From Macrostomum lignano (Eukaryota), in assembly GCA_002269645.1 (NCBI GenBank), contig NIVC01001825.1, positions 1-60,204 on the forward strand: a stretch of DNA of 60,204 nucleotides. Direction: 5' to 3'. Made by a program: the position numbers and the translations under genes. The first letter of the stretch is position 1. Each line of letters begins with the position of its first letter. The notes below the pieces were generated by a model that saw only the letters and a program-made list of their open reading frames with translations, searched no databases and was not told the DNA's origin. Shown here in pieces: positions 1-19,825 of the stretch.

Positions 1-559
1 CAAACTTAAAATTTTTAAATAATCCATGTCCCAAAACATGTTTCTTATTATTTAAACCACACAAAAGTACTATTAGTAGTATTGTTGTCTTATCTTTGAA
101 GAAATCTCTTTTAGCTCGTGTTAGCGACGAATTTCCGGTTATTCGTGTAAGAAGACTTACTTGTATAATTAATTAGTTTTAGTTCCTTTATAACATTAAA
201 ATACTACAGTCTCAAACATTTGTTTAAATAAATTGCACCGGTGTGTTCTTCTCACACGACGTACTACTTTGTATACCTGTACCTGTGCCCGTGCACTGTA
301 CATGCAGTACTACATTCTCAATGTTGTTGCACTTTGCAATGTTAAACTGAAGCTGAATTTGGCTAGCAACGTTTGTTTCATTTTTGCTGTTTTCTGCTAG
401 TAATCGCGTGATTATGCTTTCTTGCACTATGCGACTTGAGCTACTCAGAGAGTAGAAATATACGTGTTTTATTGTTAATTTAATTTATGTGCTGTCAAAA
501 AATTGCATTAGTTTCTATTAAACAGGATATTAAATTCATTTTTTCATTTGGTAAATAGA

Positions 560-890
560 CAAATGCCGACATGTATCGACACTGACGTTTCCAGTTAAAA
601 CCTAGCAACGGATATTACAAACATCTGTCGATGGAAACTGCCGATATGTATCGAAGTTAATATATCCAAGTAAAATCTAGCATCGGATATTAACCAACCT
701 CGGTCAATGGAAACTGCCGATATGTATCGAAGTTAATATATCCAAGTAAAATCTAGCATCGGATATTAACCAACCTCGGTCGATGGAAACTGCCGATATG
801 TATCGAAATGAATATATCCAAGTAAAATCTAGCATCGGATATTAACCAACCTCGGTCGATGAAAACTGCCGATATGTATCGAAATGAATA
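560..890. repeat. 76-bp tandem repeat (~4.5 copies, first copy degenerate)
   Basis: GATGGAAACTGCCGATATGTATCG... recurs at 630, 706, 782 and 858 (period 76). Confidence 0.9.
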
Positions 891-1286
891 TTTTAAGCTG
901 AGCTTAAAGCTGGCTATGGATTACTTCCTTGCTGACAGCGTACAAAACGATGCACGGCCTTTGCCAATGTAATTTGATTGCTTTTTGCAACAAAAATGAA
1001 GAGGAAAGAAGAAGATGCAGCATGAATATTGGTTCCTCTTTCCATCGACCAACAGAATCTGAGCATTTTCCTCTGCTTAATCCAAATAAGCGCGAGGGAC
1101 CAAAGCCGAACAAAAAGCAACTTAAGCCGTCTGTGCGCGCAGAGCAGCTTCAAAGCAAAAAAGCTGGCTTTGAAGATTTCAATGCAATTCGCAGCTGTAT
1201 AGTTAGGGGATAAAAATCCCGCCGTAACACCTGCTTTCCCTGAGCTGAATCAATTCGAGGTGTTAAGCGCAGAATTACCTGGCAAG

Positions 1287-9003
<7,717 letters not shown>

Positions 9004-10289
9004 ATTTTTTACTTTAATTTTACTCGTAGCTCTTACTGCCTCTTAGTTGTTTAAGTTTTTAATTATAGCAGGTTGAGAATTGAACTTGTTCGTTGAACCG
9101 GCTGTTGCTGTTGTAGTGCTGTTTGTTAATGGCGTAAAAACATTTTAATTAAATCGAAACAGTCATTTCACTGGGGTGGAGGGGGGGTATAATAGATAAG
9201 CAAGGCTATATAAACTGGACCAAACAAATGTACTTTTACTGCAGCCAATAGGCGCTGATTAGGGGGCAAGAGAGAGGCTCAGGGAACAGAACTATTTCTA
9301 GCTCTGTTGCACGGTTAACTGTACATTGGTGGTGTACATTTATTGGTTGGCTTCTAGACTATAGTGGCAGTTGAATAATATGTACATTTTTGCTGTTCAA
9401 TCGAAAACCCCAATTTATTTAAGTATCATTTTTCTTTCTAAGAAAAGACGCTTTAATTATATTCTCTGTCAGCATTTTTAAATTGTCAGTTTTTCACTTC
9501 AAATATTCAACTGGTCCAACAAAAATTGTTTAATGTTACAAAAAGACAAAAAGTATGCTTTGTTATTTGCTAAAGCATCCGATTGCGATCCGATCCGACT
9601 GTAGTTCTGAAAGACATGACTCTTCACTCTTTTGTCGAAACAGATTTTTTAATTATATTGAGCTTTGCCTTGCCGGCTCTGTTGCATGGTTGTTTTGAGT
9701 TTTTGAGAGAAATAACTTTTGGCATAACAATAATAAACAATAGTAAAAAGTACGCGTTTTTATGAATAGTAAAAGCAAAATGTTGATGACAAATCCACTC
9801 AATCGCTAATAACGATTAAAACATCAACTTCTTTTCTTTCCCTAACTACTCTTGCTACATGCGTTCTTTTAGTAGATAGAAAGTGCCAGTCTACTAATTA
9901 CAAAAGTAAAAGTCAAGGTAGCAGTGTCATGATATATTACTTCGTGTAACATGTAGTTGTAGAAGATATTCTGTTCCTTTTATTACTTTCTTCTTATTTC
10001 TCTTCGGCTATTATATAAAGCTGGGTGCTCCAACGAGACGAGATTAATAAATAATTAATTTTAGCCAGGCGCTAGTAGCTGATAGATTGCGGTATTAGCA
10101 TCGGGGCCATCCGACATCACACGGCCGAAAAGCAGCGACAGGGCTGAAAACCGCAAAATGCACACGAGAGAAAGAGAAGTATAGTAAATTTTAGAGACAG
10201 AACTCATACATGCACAGGGTTGCTGTAGTAGTTTTCGAAGGATAAACAACTGTTTTCTTATCTTATTGCTAATGCCTGTGATCTCTGAA

Positions 10290-11480
10290 AGCAGGTGAAG
10301 GAAGGGTAGAGATGCCCCTGATAAAGTTGGAAGGGAGGTTAGAGATGTCCCTGAAGGACGGTGAAGGGATCGGGTAGAGATTTCTCTGAAGGACGGTGAA
10401 GGGATAGGGTAGAGATTTCTCTGAAGGACGGTGAAGGGAGGGTAGAGATTTCCCTGAAGGACGGTGAAGGGATCGGGTAGAGATTTCTCTGAAGGACGGT
10501 GAAGGGATCGGGTAGAGATTTCTCTGAAGGACGGTGAAGGGAGGGTAGAGATTTCCCTGAAGGACGGTGAAGGGATCGGGTAGAGATTTCCCTGAAGGAC
10601 GGTGAAGGGATCGGGTAGAGATTTCTCTGAAGGACGGTGAAGGGATCGGGTAGAGATTTCTCTGAAGGACGGTGAAGGGATCGGGTAGAGATTTCTCTGA
10701 AGGACGGTGAAGGGATCGGGTAGAGATTTCTCTGAAGGACGGTGAAGGGATCGGGTAGAGATTTCCCTGAAGGACGGTGAAGGGAGGGTAGAGATTTCTC
10801 TGAAGGACGGTGAAGGGATAGGGTAGAGATTTCCCTGAAGGACGGTGAAGGGAGGGTAGAGATTTCTCTGAAGGACGGTGAAGGGAGGGTAGAGATTTCC
10901 CTGAAGGACGGTGAAGGGATCGGGTAGAGATTTCTCTGAAGGACGGTGAAGGGATAGGGTAGAGATTTCCCTGAAGGACGGTGAAGGGAGGGTAGAGATG
11001 TCCCTGAAGGACGGTGAAGGGAGGGTAGAGACGGTCCTGAAGGACGGTGAAGGGAGGGTAGAGACGGTCCTGAAGGACGGTGAAGGGAGGGTAGAGACAG
11101 TACTGAAGGACAGTGAAGGGAGGGTAGAGACGGTACTGAAGGACAGTGAAGGGAGGGTAGAGACGGTACTGAAGGACAGTGAAGGGAGGGTAGAGACAGT
11201 ACTGAAGGACAGTGAAGGGAGGGTAGAGACGGTACTGAAGGACAGTGAAGGGAGGGTAGAGACAGTACTGAAGGACTGTGAAGGGAGGGTAGAGACGGTC
11301 CTGAAGGACAGTGAAGGGAGGGTAGAGACGGTACTGAAGGATGGGACGTGAAGGGTGGGTAGAGACGGTCCTGAAGGACAGTGAAGGGAGGGTAGAGACA
11401 GTACTGAAGGACAGTGAAGGGAGGGTAGAGACGGTACTGAAGGACGGGACGTGAAGGGTGGGTAGAGAAGCCCCTGAATG
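10290..11480. repeat. 33-35-bp purine-rich minisatellite with polarised variant gradient
   Basis: CTGAAGGACGGTGAAGGGATCGGGTAGAGATTTCT on the left grades into CTGAAGGACAGTGAAGGGAGGGTAGAGACAGTA on the right. Confidence 0.95.
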
Positions 11481-11679
11481 ATAGTAAAGGATGAGTATAC
11501 TCAGTCAGGAAGTGATTTTGGCGGGCTTGTGTGCAGAGGCAGAGGCTACACAGCTGGCAGGAGGGCATGATTTCTAGGAAAGTCACCAGAGCAATGGGTT
11601 ACACGCATGGGTTAGGTGGAAAAAATGGCAGTTGATCGGTTTTAAATAAACATACTGTAGATAGACAGTTATACTTTAC

Positions 11680-14600
11680 CGTTTTTGTACCAGTTTGCGG
11701 AGAGATTTTGACTTTCTCTGATCTGGTTCAGTTCGGTCTTTTAAAATTTGACTGAAGAAGTCAATACATATTTATTTCGCTCTTATGGCTTTGTATGAAC
11801 TCAAATTCAGCCAGAGCTGATTGAATATTCTGTCTGATTCAGTAGATAAACAGCACATACTACCCATTTGCCAAAGTGCTTCATGTTTTATTTATGAATT
11901 GAATCTCTGCCCGTTTTTCTAACGGACACCTTAGTGATGCACATTACTGTATTCAGAACACTACTTTGTATTGTTTTAATTAGAGCAGTGTGTGCCCTGT
12001 ACCACGAGCAGTGTGTGCCCTGTACCACGAGCAGTGTGTGCCCTGTACCAAGAGCAGTGTGTACCCTGTACCAAGAGCAGTGTATACCCTGTACCAAGAG
12101 CAGTGTATACCCTGTACCAAGAGCAGTGTATACCCTGTACCAAGAGCAGTGTATACCCTGTACCAAGAGCAGTGTATACCCTGTACCAAGAGCAGTGTAT
12201 ACCCTGTACCAAGAGCAGTGTATACCCTGTACCAAGAGCAGTGTATACCCTGTACCAAGAGCAGTGTATACCCTGTACCAAGAGCAGTGTGTACCCTGTA
12301 CCAAGAGCAGTGTGTACCCTGTACCAAGAGCAGTGTGTACCCTGTACCAAGAGCAGTATGTACCCTGTACCAAGAGCAGTTTGTACCCTGTACCAAGAGC
12401 AGTGTGTACCCTGTACCAAGAGCAGTATGTACCCTGTACCAAGAGCAGTGTGTACCCTGTACCAAGAGCAGTATGTACCCTGTACCAAGAGCAGTGTATA
12501 CCCTGTACCAAGAGCAGTGTGTACCCTGTACCAAGAGCAGTGTGTACCCTGTACCAAGAGCAGTATGTACCCTGTACCAAGAGCAGTGTATACCCTGTAC
12601 CAAGAGCAGTGTGTACCCTGTACCAAGAGCAGTGGTACCACACATCCACGCACATCCATGCCTATTTCACAAATGAATAGAACTTCTTGCTTCTATATCC
12701 ATCTCATTGTATCATGATGTATTTTTCTATATTTCCTGTTTACCCAATGCATTAGCTACTCAAGAAGAAAAAAGATTTGAGCAAATCCTTGCAATGCAGA
12801 ATCTACATTTGCTCATCTGGAAGTTTGTTCAACTGCTCAGAGGGGGAACCAGGTGTCTATATTTATAATTATAACACAATAATCTTTATTTGAGCTGCAT
12901 TAATCTTAGTTAAAGTGCAACGGGCCCTGGTTTGTACAACCTATATGGCCGTGGAAAAAATCCCTAAAAATATTATTCCTATCAAAGAAACTGTTTTCTT
13001 ACGCTAATGACCATGCATTCTGTTGCTTTCCTGTTTGCTTCTCGGCTGCTTTTTGAATTTTTTTCAAGCAGAATTCCTGCTTCATCTTCAGATGAGGGAA
13101 TTGGTCAAGCCGAGCTCTCGAGGAGAGTAGCTTGTGTTGTCCGTTGATTTTGAAAATCTTGTATGTTTGCTTTTGCTTCTGGTCACGTTTCTTCTGCCTG
13201 AAAGCGACTCGGTGAAATCCAGTTCTTCTTTTGTGCTTCTTGGATGCGCGCGAATAAAGCGAAATAGGGTTTCAGACAGATTCAGGTGCATGAACACTGA
13301 TGTTTTCATTAGGAATACTAATTATTGCACTCAAAATGACATTTTAGTAGTGACATTACCTGTTAGATAAATGTATCACCTTTTACTCAAAGATTCGGAT
13401 GTCACCTGATTGATAAGGATGTCACCTGATTGATTAGGACGTCACCTGATTGATTAGGACGTCACCTGATTGATAAGGATGTCACCTGATTGATTAGGAT
13501 GTCACCTGATTGATTAGGATGTCACCTGATTGATTAGGACGTCACCTGATTGATAAGGATGTCACCTGATTGATAAGGATGTCACCTGATTGATTAGGAC
13601 GTCACCTGATTGATAAGGATGTCACCTGATTGATAAGGATGTCACCTGATTGATTAGGACGTCACCTGATTGATAAGGATGTCACCTGATTGATTAGGAC
13701 GTCACCTGATTGATAAGGATGTCACCTGATTGATAAGGATGTCACCTGATTGATTAGGACGTCACCTGATTGATAAGGATGTCACCTGATTGATAAGGAT
13801 GTCACCTGATTGATAAGGATGTCACCTGATTGATAAGGATGTCACCTGATTGATAAGGATGTCACCTGATTGATAAGGATGTCACCTGATTGATAAGGAT
13901 GTCACCTGATTGATAAGGATGTCACCTGATTGATAAGGATGTCACCTGATTGATTAGGACGTCACCTGATTGATAAGGATGTCACCTGATTGATTAGGAC
14001 GTCACCTGATTGATAAGGATGTCACCTGATTGATAAGGATGTCACCTGATTGATAAGGATGTCACCTGATTGATTAGGACGTCACCTGATTGATAAGGAT
14101 GTCACCTGATTGATAAGGATGTCACCTGATTGATTAGGACGTCACCTGATTGATAAGGATGTCACCTGATTGATAAGGATGTCACCTGATTGATAAGGAT
14201 GTCACCTGATTGATAAGGATGTCACCTGATTGATTAGGACGTCACCTGATTGATTAGGACGTCACCTGATTGATTAGGACGTCACCTGATTGATAAGGAT
14301 GTCACCTGATTGATAAGGATGTCACCTGATTGATAAGGATGTCACCTGATTGATTAGGACGTCACCTGATTGATAAGGATGTCACCTGATTGATTAGGAC
14401 GTCACCTGATTGATAAGGATGTCAACTGATTGATAAGGATGTCATTTGATTGATTAGGATGTCACCTGATTGATTAGGATGTCACCTGATTGATAAGGAT
14501 GTCACCTGATTGATAAGGATGTCATTTGATGGATTAGGATGTCAACTGATGGATAAGGATGTCATTTGATTGATTAGGATGTCACCTGATTGATTAGGAT

Positions 14601-14697
14601 GTCACCTGATTGATGGGGATATCACTTGTCAGACACTGACACAACTAGTCAGACACGAACATCACCTGCTACAGCGCCGTGTATCATTTATATCGGT
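11680..14697 (-). CDS. Candidate internal exons of an unrecognised K/Q-rich protein (partial)
   Basis: Exons 14666-14697, 13003-13197 and 11680-11751 have canonical AG/GT ends and compatible phases (0-2, 2-2, 2-2). They join into a stop-free 299-nt frame (TDINDTRRCSRQKKRDQKQKQTYKIFKING...QILKDRTEPDQRKSKSLRKLVQK). No homology recognised; start and stop unresolved. Confidence 0.35.
11985..12635. repeat. 23-bp minisatellite
   Basis: Unit ACCAAGAGCAGTGT(A/G)TACCCTGT, ~28 copies; stop-free in all six frames. Confidence 0.95.
13396..14613. repeat. 20-bp minisatellite, ~60 copies
   Basis: Unit GTCACCTGATTGAT(A/T)AGGA(T/C), in exact 20-bp register across the 60-nt lines. Confidence 0.97.
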
Positions 14698-15011
14698 CTA
14701 AAGAAGCAGACAGATCAATGAGCGCAACTGTAACGAACACAAATGTTTTGTTTCGCTTTTTTTCGTTTCATTAAATGACCAACTACAGATAGTCAAATCG
14801 CAGTAAAAATCTTTTGTTAGCTGAATACAATTGCTAGAATTGCAACTGTGATTGCAAATCGATAGCAGCTATGGAGTCAATTAGTCTAATGATGACAGAA
14901 CTAGTGAGGCTGCTTGGACCAGCACTAAAGTGCGTTCTTTGTGCCTGGTGCATGGGTGTGGTAGACATGGAATCATATTCATAGCGCTGGTTTACGAGTC
15001 CATAGCTCTTC

Positions 15012-15390
15012 AGGAAGATCTTGACTTGCAAGTCAATAAATTTAGAGAAGATCTTGACGAGTCTATGGATCCAGAGTAGATCTTGACTTGCGAGTCTATA
15101 GATCTAGAGTAGGTTTCGACTTGCGAGTCTATAGATCTAAAGTAGGTTTCAACTTGCAAGTCTATTATAGATCTAAAGTAGATTATGACTTGCGAGTCTA
15201 TAGATTTAGAGTAGGTTTTGACTTGCAAGTCTATAGATCTAGGGTAGATTTTGACTCGCGAGTCTAATTAGATCTGAGTAGATCTGAGTAGATCTGAGTA
15301 GATCTAGAGTCACACGAATCTATAGATCTAGAGTAGGTTTTGACTTGCAAGTCTATAGATTTCGAGTCGATTTAAAGTCACACGAGTCCA
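15012..15390. repeat. Degenerate ~32-bp tandem repeat
   Basis: GACTTGC(A/G)AGTCTATAGATCTAGAGTAGGTTT-like units. Confidence 0.8.
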
Positions 15391-15482
15391 TAGATATTGT
15401 ATGAACAGACATGGACTCATGCCTTATAGCTGTTAATTAAATCTGTAGTTGAATATCTATATTTTTTGCCCAAAATTTTCAG

Positions 15483-16918
15483 TACTACATCAAGATCCGC
15501 TCAGGTGTAAATTCCCTTAAAACCGAAGCAGGCAAAAGCCGCCTGAAAAGAGAGCAGTACGCAGCAGCCACTCCCGTCACAGATTTTATGACACGCCGCT
15601 GCCCTAAAAAAATTCTCATGCCTTTGAAAAAAACGCAAAAAGAGGCACAAAGGCTGTCAGGTCTCATTAACACTTCTTGGCACAGAAGCGCCTTTTTCTC
15701 GGCTCATGAGCTACAGCTTCAACTCCAACTCTACCCGAATCCCAAGTTTGACGATCTTTCAGCGAGTAGGGAAGAAAGTATCTACTTGTAGTTGAGATAG
15801 CTAATCATTACACTAAACTTTGTCAGGCAAGGCTTGGGTGCTCGAGCAGATAGATCTCATTGCCTAATCTCATCGTCTAATCTCATGTAGATCTATTCTT
15901 TTAGCCTAATCTCTTTGTCTAATCTCGTAGATCTAAGCTCATAGCCTAATCCTCTTGTCTAATTTTATGTAGATCTAATCTCGAGTCTAATCTCTTTATC
16001 TAATCTCATGTAGATCTAATCTCATTGCCTAATCTCTTTTTCTTATCTCACGTAGATCTAATCTCTAGTCTAATATCCTTATCTAATCTCATGTAAATGT
16101 AATATCTAGTCTAATCTCTTCTCACTCTCACATAGATCTATCTCATCTCTAGTCATATCTAGTCTATAATCTCTCCTTTCACTGCCATTTAGATCCCAGT
16201 TCCAGTCTGAGAGAATGGGCTACACAGGGTTTGAAGATGATACAAGATCACCCGGAAGAAAAATCAACAGTATGCAATTTAGCAATGGTAATCTGGTTTC
16301 ATTCTTTTAGTACTGCCGTCCGCTATTTTATTTATTTTTTCTGCTTGCTACATTTCTTTTCTGTTCTTTGTGACGCGCCTCAAACACGGGAAAAGTAGCT
16401 AATGGATTGTACTCTTGCTGACGTAATCAAAATATTATTGAATTCAAGTAGCAGATCGAGGGCCACTTTCCTAATGTCGGGTGCCGCTTTCCTAATGTTG
16501 AGTGTCACTTTCCTAATAACGGGTGCCACTTTCCTAAATGTTGAGTGTCACTTTCCTAATATCGGGTGCCGCTTTCCTAATGTTGAGTGTCACTTTCGTA
16601 ATATCGGGTGCCGCTTTCCTAATGTTGAGTGTCACTTTCCTAATAACGGGTGCCACTTTCCTAAATGTTGAATGTCACCTTCCTAATATCGGGTGCCGCT
16701 TTCCTAATGTTGAGTGTCACTTTCCTAATATCGGGTGCCGCTTTCCTAATGTTGAGTGTCACTGTCCTAATATGGGGTGCCACTTTCCCTAATATCGAGT
16801 GCCACTTTCCTAAGCTTGCCGCCACTACCTGAAAGCTGTGTGCGCCATATTTCTCTCTCATTCCACCTTTAATCATCGGCAGAAGCCGCACAGTAAAAAA
16901 GCAGAAACTAATTGCTGA
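15483..16918 (+). CDS. Candidate 3' exons of an unrecognised protein (partial)
   Basis: Exons 15483-15660 (ttttcag|TAC ... TCA G|gtctca), 16193-16287 (atttag|AT ... ATG|gtaatc) and 16883-16918 (ggcag|AAG ... TGA) are phase-compatible and give ~102 stop-free codons (YYIKIRSGVNSLK...DPSSSLREWATQGLKMIQDHPEEK...KPHSKKAETNC*). One donor is weak; no homology recognised. Confidence 0.3.
15850..16165. repeat. Degenerate ATCTA/ATCTC-based low-complexity repeat
   Basis: Recurrent TAGATCTAATCTC motifs. Confidence 0.75.
16463..16812. repeat. 42-bp dimeric minisatellite (2 x 21 bp)
   Basis: Alternating TGCC(G/A)CTTTCCTAATGTTGAG / TGTCACTTTCCTAATATCGGG subunits. Confidence 0.9.
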
Positions 16919-17186
16919 AAAAATTAAAGCATGTTTTTCGCAGGTTTTGCATCGTAAAAGAAGAAGATAAACAAGCACTCTGCGAGTTCAGTTGCTATGC
17001 GCCTTAATATTCGAATTCCAAGCGCGCACTTTATCGGCGACGGGGAGTCAATTTTGTATTTTTCTTGTTTTTTCGCAACTTGAGACATCTGGAAAATTGA
17101 CAGAGATGGCGCACAAAACATTTGATGGGAATTGTTGTTGCTGGGGTAGTGAGCTTTTTGTTAAAACTCAGAAGTTTGCTCAGAAG

Positions 17187-17192
17187 TTTATT
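17187..17192 (-). terminator. Possible polyadenylation signal of the neuropeptide gene
   Basis: AATAAA on the minus strand ~34 nt after the TGA. Confidence 0.4.
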
Positions 17193-17225
17193 TCTTGGAT
17201 GAGGTCGGGTGGGCGGGGGGCGGCT

Positions 17226-17585
17226 TCAGCCCCTCAGCGGGTGGAAGATGCCGCCGCGCTTCTTTCCGCGCAGAGGATAAAATTGGCGCTTCTTGTTGGC
17301 GCCGTGGCCGCGCGCCGGCAGAATGCCGTAGCGATTGGGCAGCTCAGCCTCCGAGCTCTGCGACATCTCGACTAGAGCGTCGGCCAGGAGTTGCATCTGG
17401 GCCGGCGTCAGCTCGAAGCCGGGGAACTGGCGGCCAGGCTCCGTGACCTCCTCGAGGCCTTCGTCAGCCTGGCGATGCGGCTGGCGACTCTCGTAGCCGT
17501 GATGAGGCACCCGGGAGGCTGGGGCCGCCAGAGTGGCGCCAATTAGTAGCGCGGCCGATACGACCAGAACGGAGACTGCGGACAT
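17226..17585 (-). CDS. Neuropeptide prohormone (119 aa) encoding two FxPLRamide peptides
   Basis: Signal peptide MSAVSVLVVSAALLIGATLA|AP, acidic spacer, then ...KKR-QFYPLRG-KKR-GGIFHPLRG-stop. This gives convertase sites, two Gly amide donors and an N-terminal Gln (pyroGlu); codons are GC-rich like the other true exons. Confidence 0.9.
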   Translation of the reverse strand: MSAVSVLVVSAALLIGATLAAPASRVPHHGYESRQPHRQADEGLEEVTEPGRQFPGFELTPAQMQLLADALVEMSQSSEAELPNRYGILPARGHGANKKRQFYPLRGKKRGGIFHPLRG

Positions 17586-17712
17586 TGCGGCTTCAGTTCT
17601 AACGACTGCTCAGGCTGTTCTGCTCAGTATAGAGAGTGAGACTCCAATAGATGCAGCGGGGAAGCTGACTGCTCGAGGATGGGGTAGTGGCCTTTATCCA
17701 GATGGGAGCCGG

Positions 17713-17723
17713 CCTGATTGGCT
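17713..17723 (-). promoter_or_regulatory. NF-Y-type CCAAT box upstream of the neuropeptide gene
   Basis: Minus strand AGCCAATCAGG ~130 nt upstream of the ATG; motif match only. Confidence 0.35.
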
Positions 17724-17740
17724 GCAGTCTGGTTGGCCGG

Positions 17741-18274
<534 letters not shown>

Positions 18275-18808
18275 GTCAGTTACATCAGATTTGTAGATTC
18301 TTTCCTGTGAGATCGGTGAGCAGAGGAACATTTCTAAGTTTCTTTGCTTCATAAAAGCAGGAAGTGCAGCCGCCTTGCACTCCCGTGTTTACTCAGCAGA
18401 GTGCCAAATTTTCCCCCACCCATCGGTCTATCGCCTCTTTTTTTAGCTCCTTGCCATTATCTGGACTGACTTTGACGTTGCATTTGCTTCGGATGCGAAA
18501 AAAGTCAAGCAAAAAACCATCGTGTCAGCTTAGTAGCAATGAGTTGGTTTTCACTGGCAGGTTGCAGCTCAGTCTGCTGCCTTTCCCGGGCAAGAAAATC
18601 CATGAAAGTTTCTCTCAATTTCAGGGAAGACGAACAAGTTTTTTTTATAGAACTTAGCGTTTGGGTGCATGCAACAGGAGGCAGGATATTCTTTTCTGTG
18701 GATCGATTCTTTAGCATGAGTCTCGCTCTGGACTGCTTTTTGTGCTTTGCATTGCTCTGTTCCTCAATTCTTACCTGCGCTTGAGTACTGTTGTCCCTTT
18801 ACTGACGC

Positions 18809-19141
<333 letters not shown>

Positions 19142-19825
19142 TTAGTGTCAGTGTCTGCCTGTCCGCCTATAGGTCAGACTGTTTTCGATAGCTGAAAGCA
19201 GTATTTTCTAACTAAAAAGTCAACTTTGCACAAATGCTCACTTGTCTCATTTCTGGCTCTGAGTCAAAATACCTTCGTACCACTTATGAAAAGCTTAATT
19301 GGTAAGTAGGCAATGTCTCTCAAGCATGTTTACTAGCAATTTCCAATTCAATTCTCTTCTCTTAAAGTCAGTTTTTCTGCCTTTAAATTATTGCCTCTTT
19401 TACTCGTTTTACGAGCTAGCAGAAAATTTTTCTCTCTAATCTTTGATAATCACAAAGTTTTTGAGTCTAGTAGAACCTTATAATTCTCCGTCTTAGAAAG
19501 CTTTCTTCATGCAGACTACTCGTTGGCTTGGTTATCAAATTCTCCCGGTGTTCTCAAGGGATTGGGAGTCTCAGAGTCTCTGCTGTTAATCCGCTTGAAA
19601 TCTGCTCGCCGTATCCTGCAAAAAAGGATTAGTGGGTCAGATCAGCCTGCTGGGTAGCTACAGAGTCTGCCGGTGGACGCCTGCTCAAATCTAGTTTTGG
19701 GAAATTTCTTCAGCAAGGTGCATTGAATAGATTCTGTTGGACTGTGGAGCGCCTTTTGCATGCCCGCCTTCAACCAGATTCTTTAGAGTTATCAAAGCGC
19801 TGCAGCTGGCGAGCGCTGGTAGATA

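Noticed and set aside
630-705. 76-bp unit as a tandem tRNA
   Set aside because: The length matches, but there is no cloverleaf, A/B box or acceptor stem.
10339-11586. 415-aa minus-strand ORF (PSLHRPS... repeats)
   Set aside because: Translation of the 33-35-bp minisatellite; no splice or homology support.
11888-12717. Cys-rich ORFs open in all six frames (CTLYQEQCVPCTKSS), resembling metallothionein or keratin-associated proteins
   Set aside because: A 23-bp unit without stop codons on either strand gives the same 23-aa cycle in every frame; this is an arithmetic artefact.
13396-14613. CRISPR-like regular arrays (also 39630-40354 and others)
   Set aside because: The units are head-to-tail with no unique spacers, there are no cas genes, and the DNA is eukaryotic.
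14834-15031. Minus ORF containing QRTHFS, identical to the Pitx N-terminal arm
   Set aside because: No homeodomain helices follow (AGPSSLTSS); one 6-aa match among all frames and proteins is expected by chance.
17330-17345. Extra amidated peptides in the neuropeptide spacer (NRYG, ILPARG)
   Set aside because: The Gly residues are not followed by basic cleavage sites.
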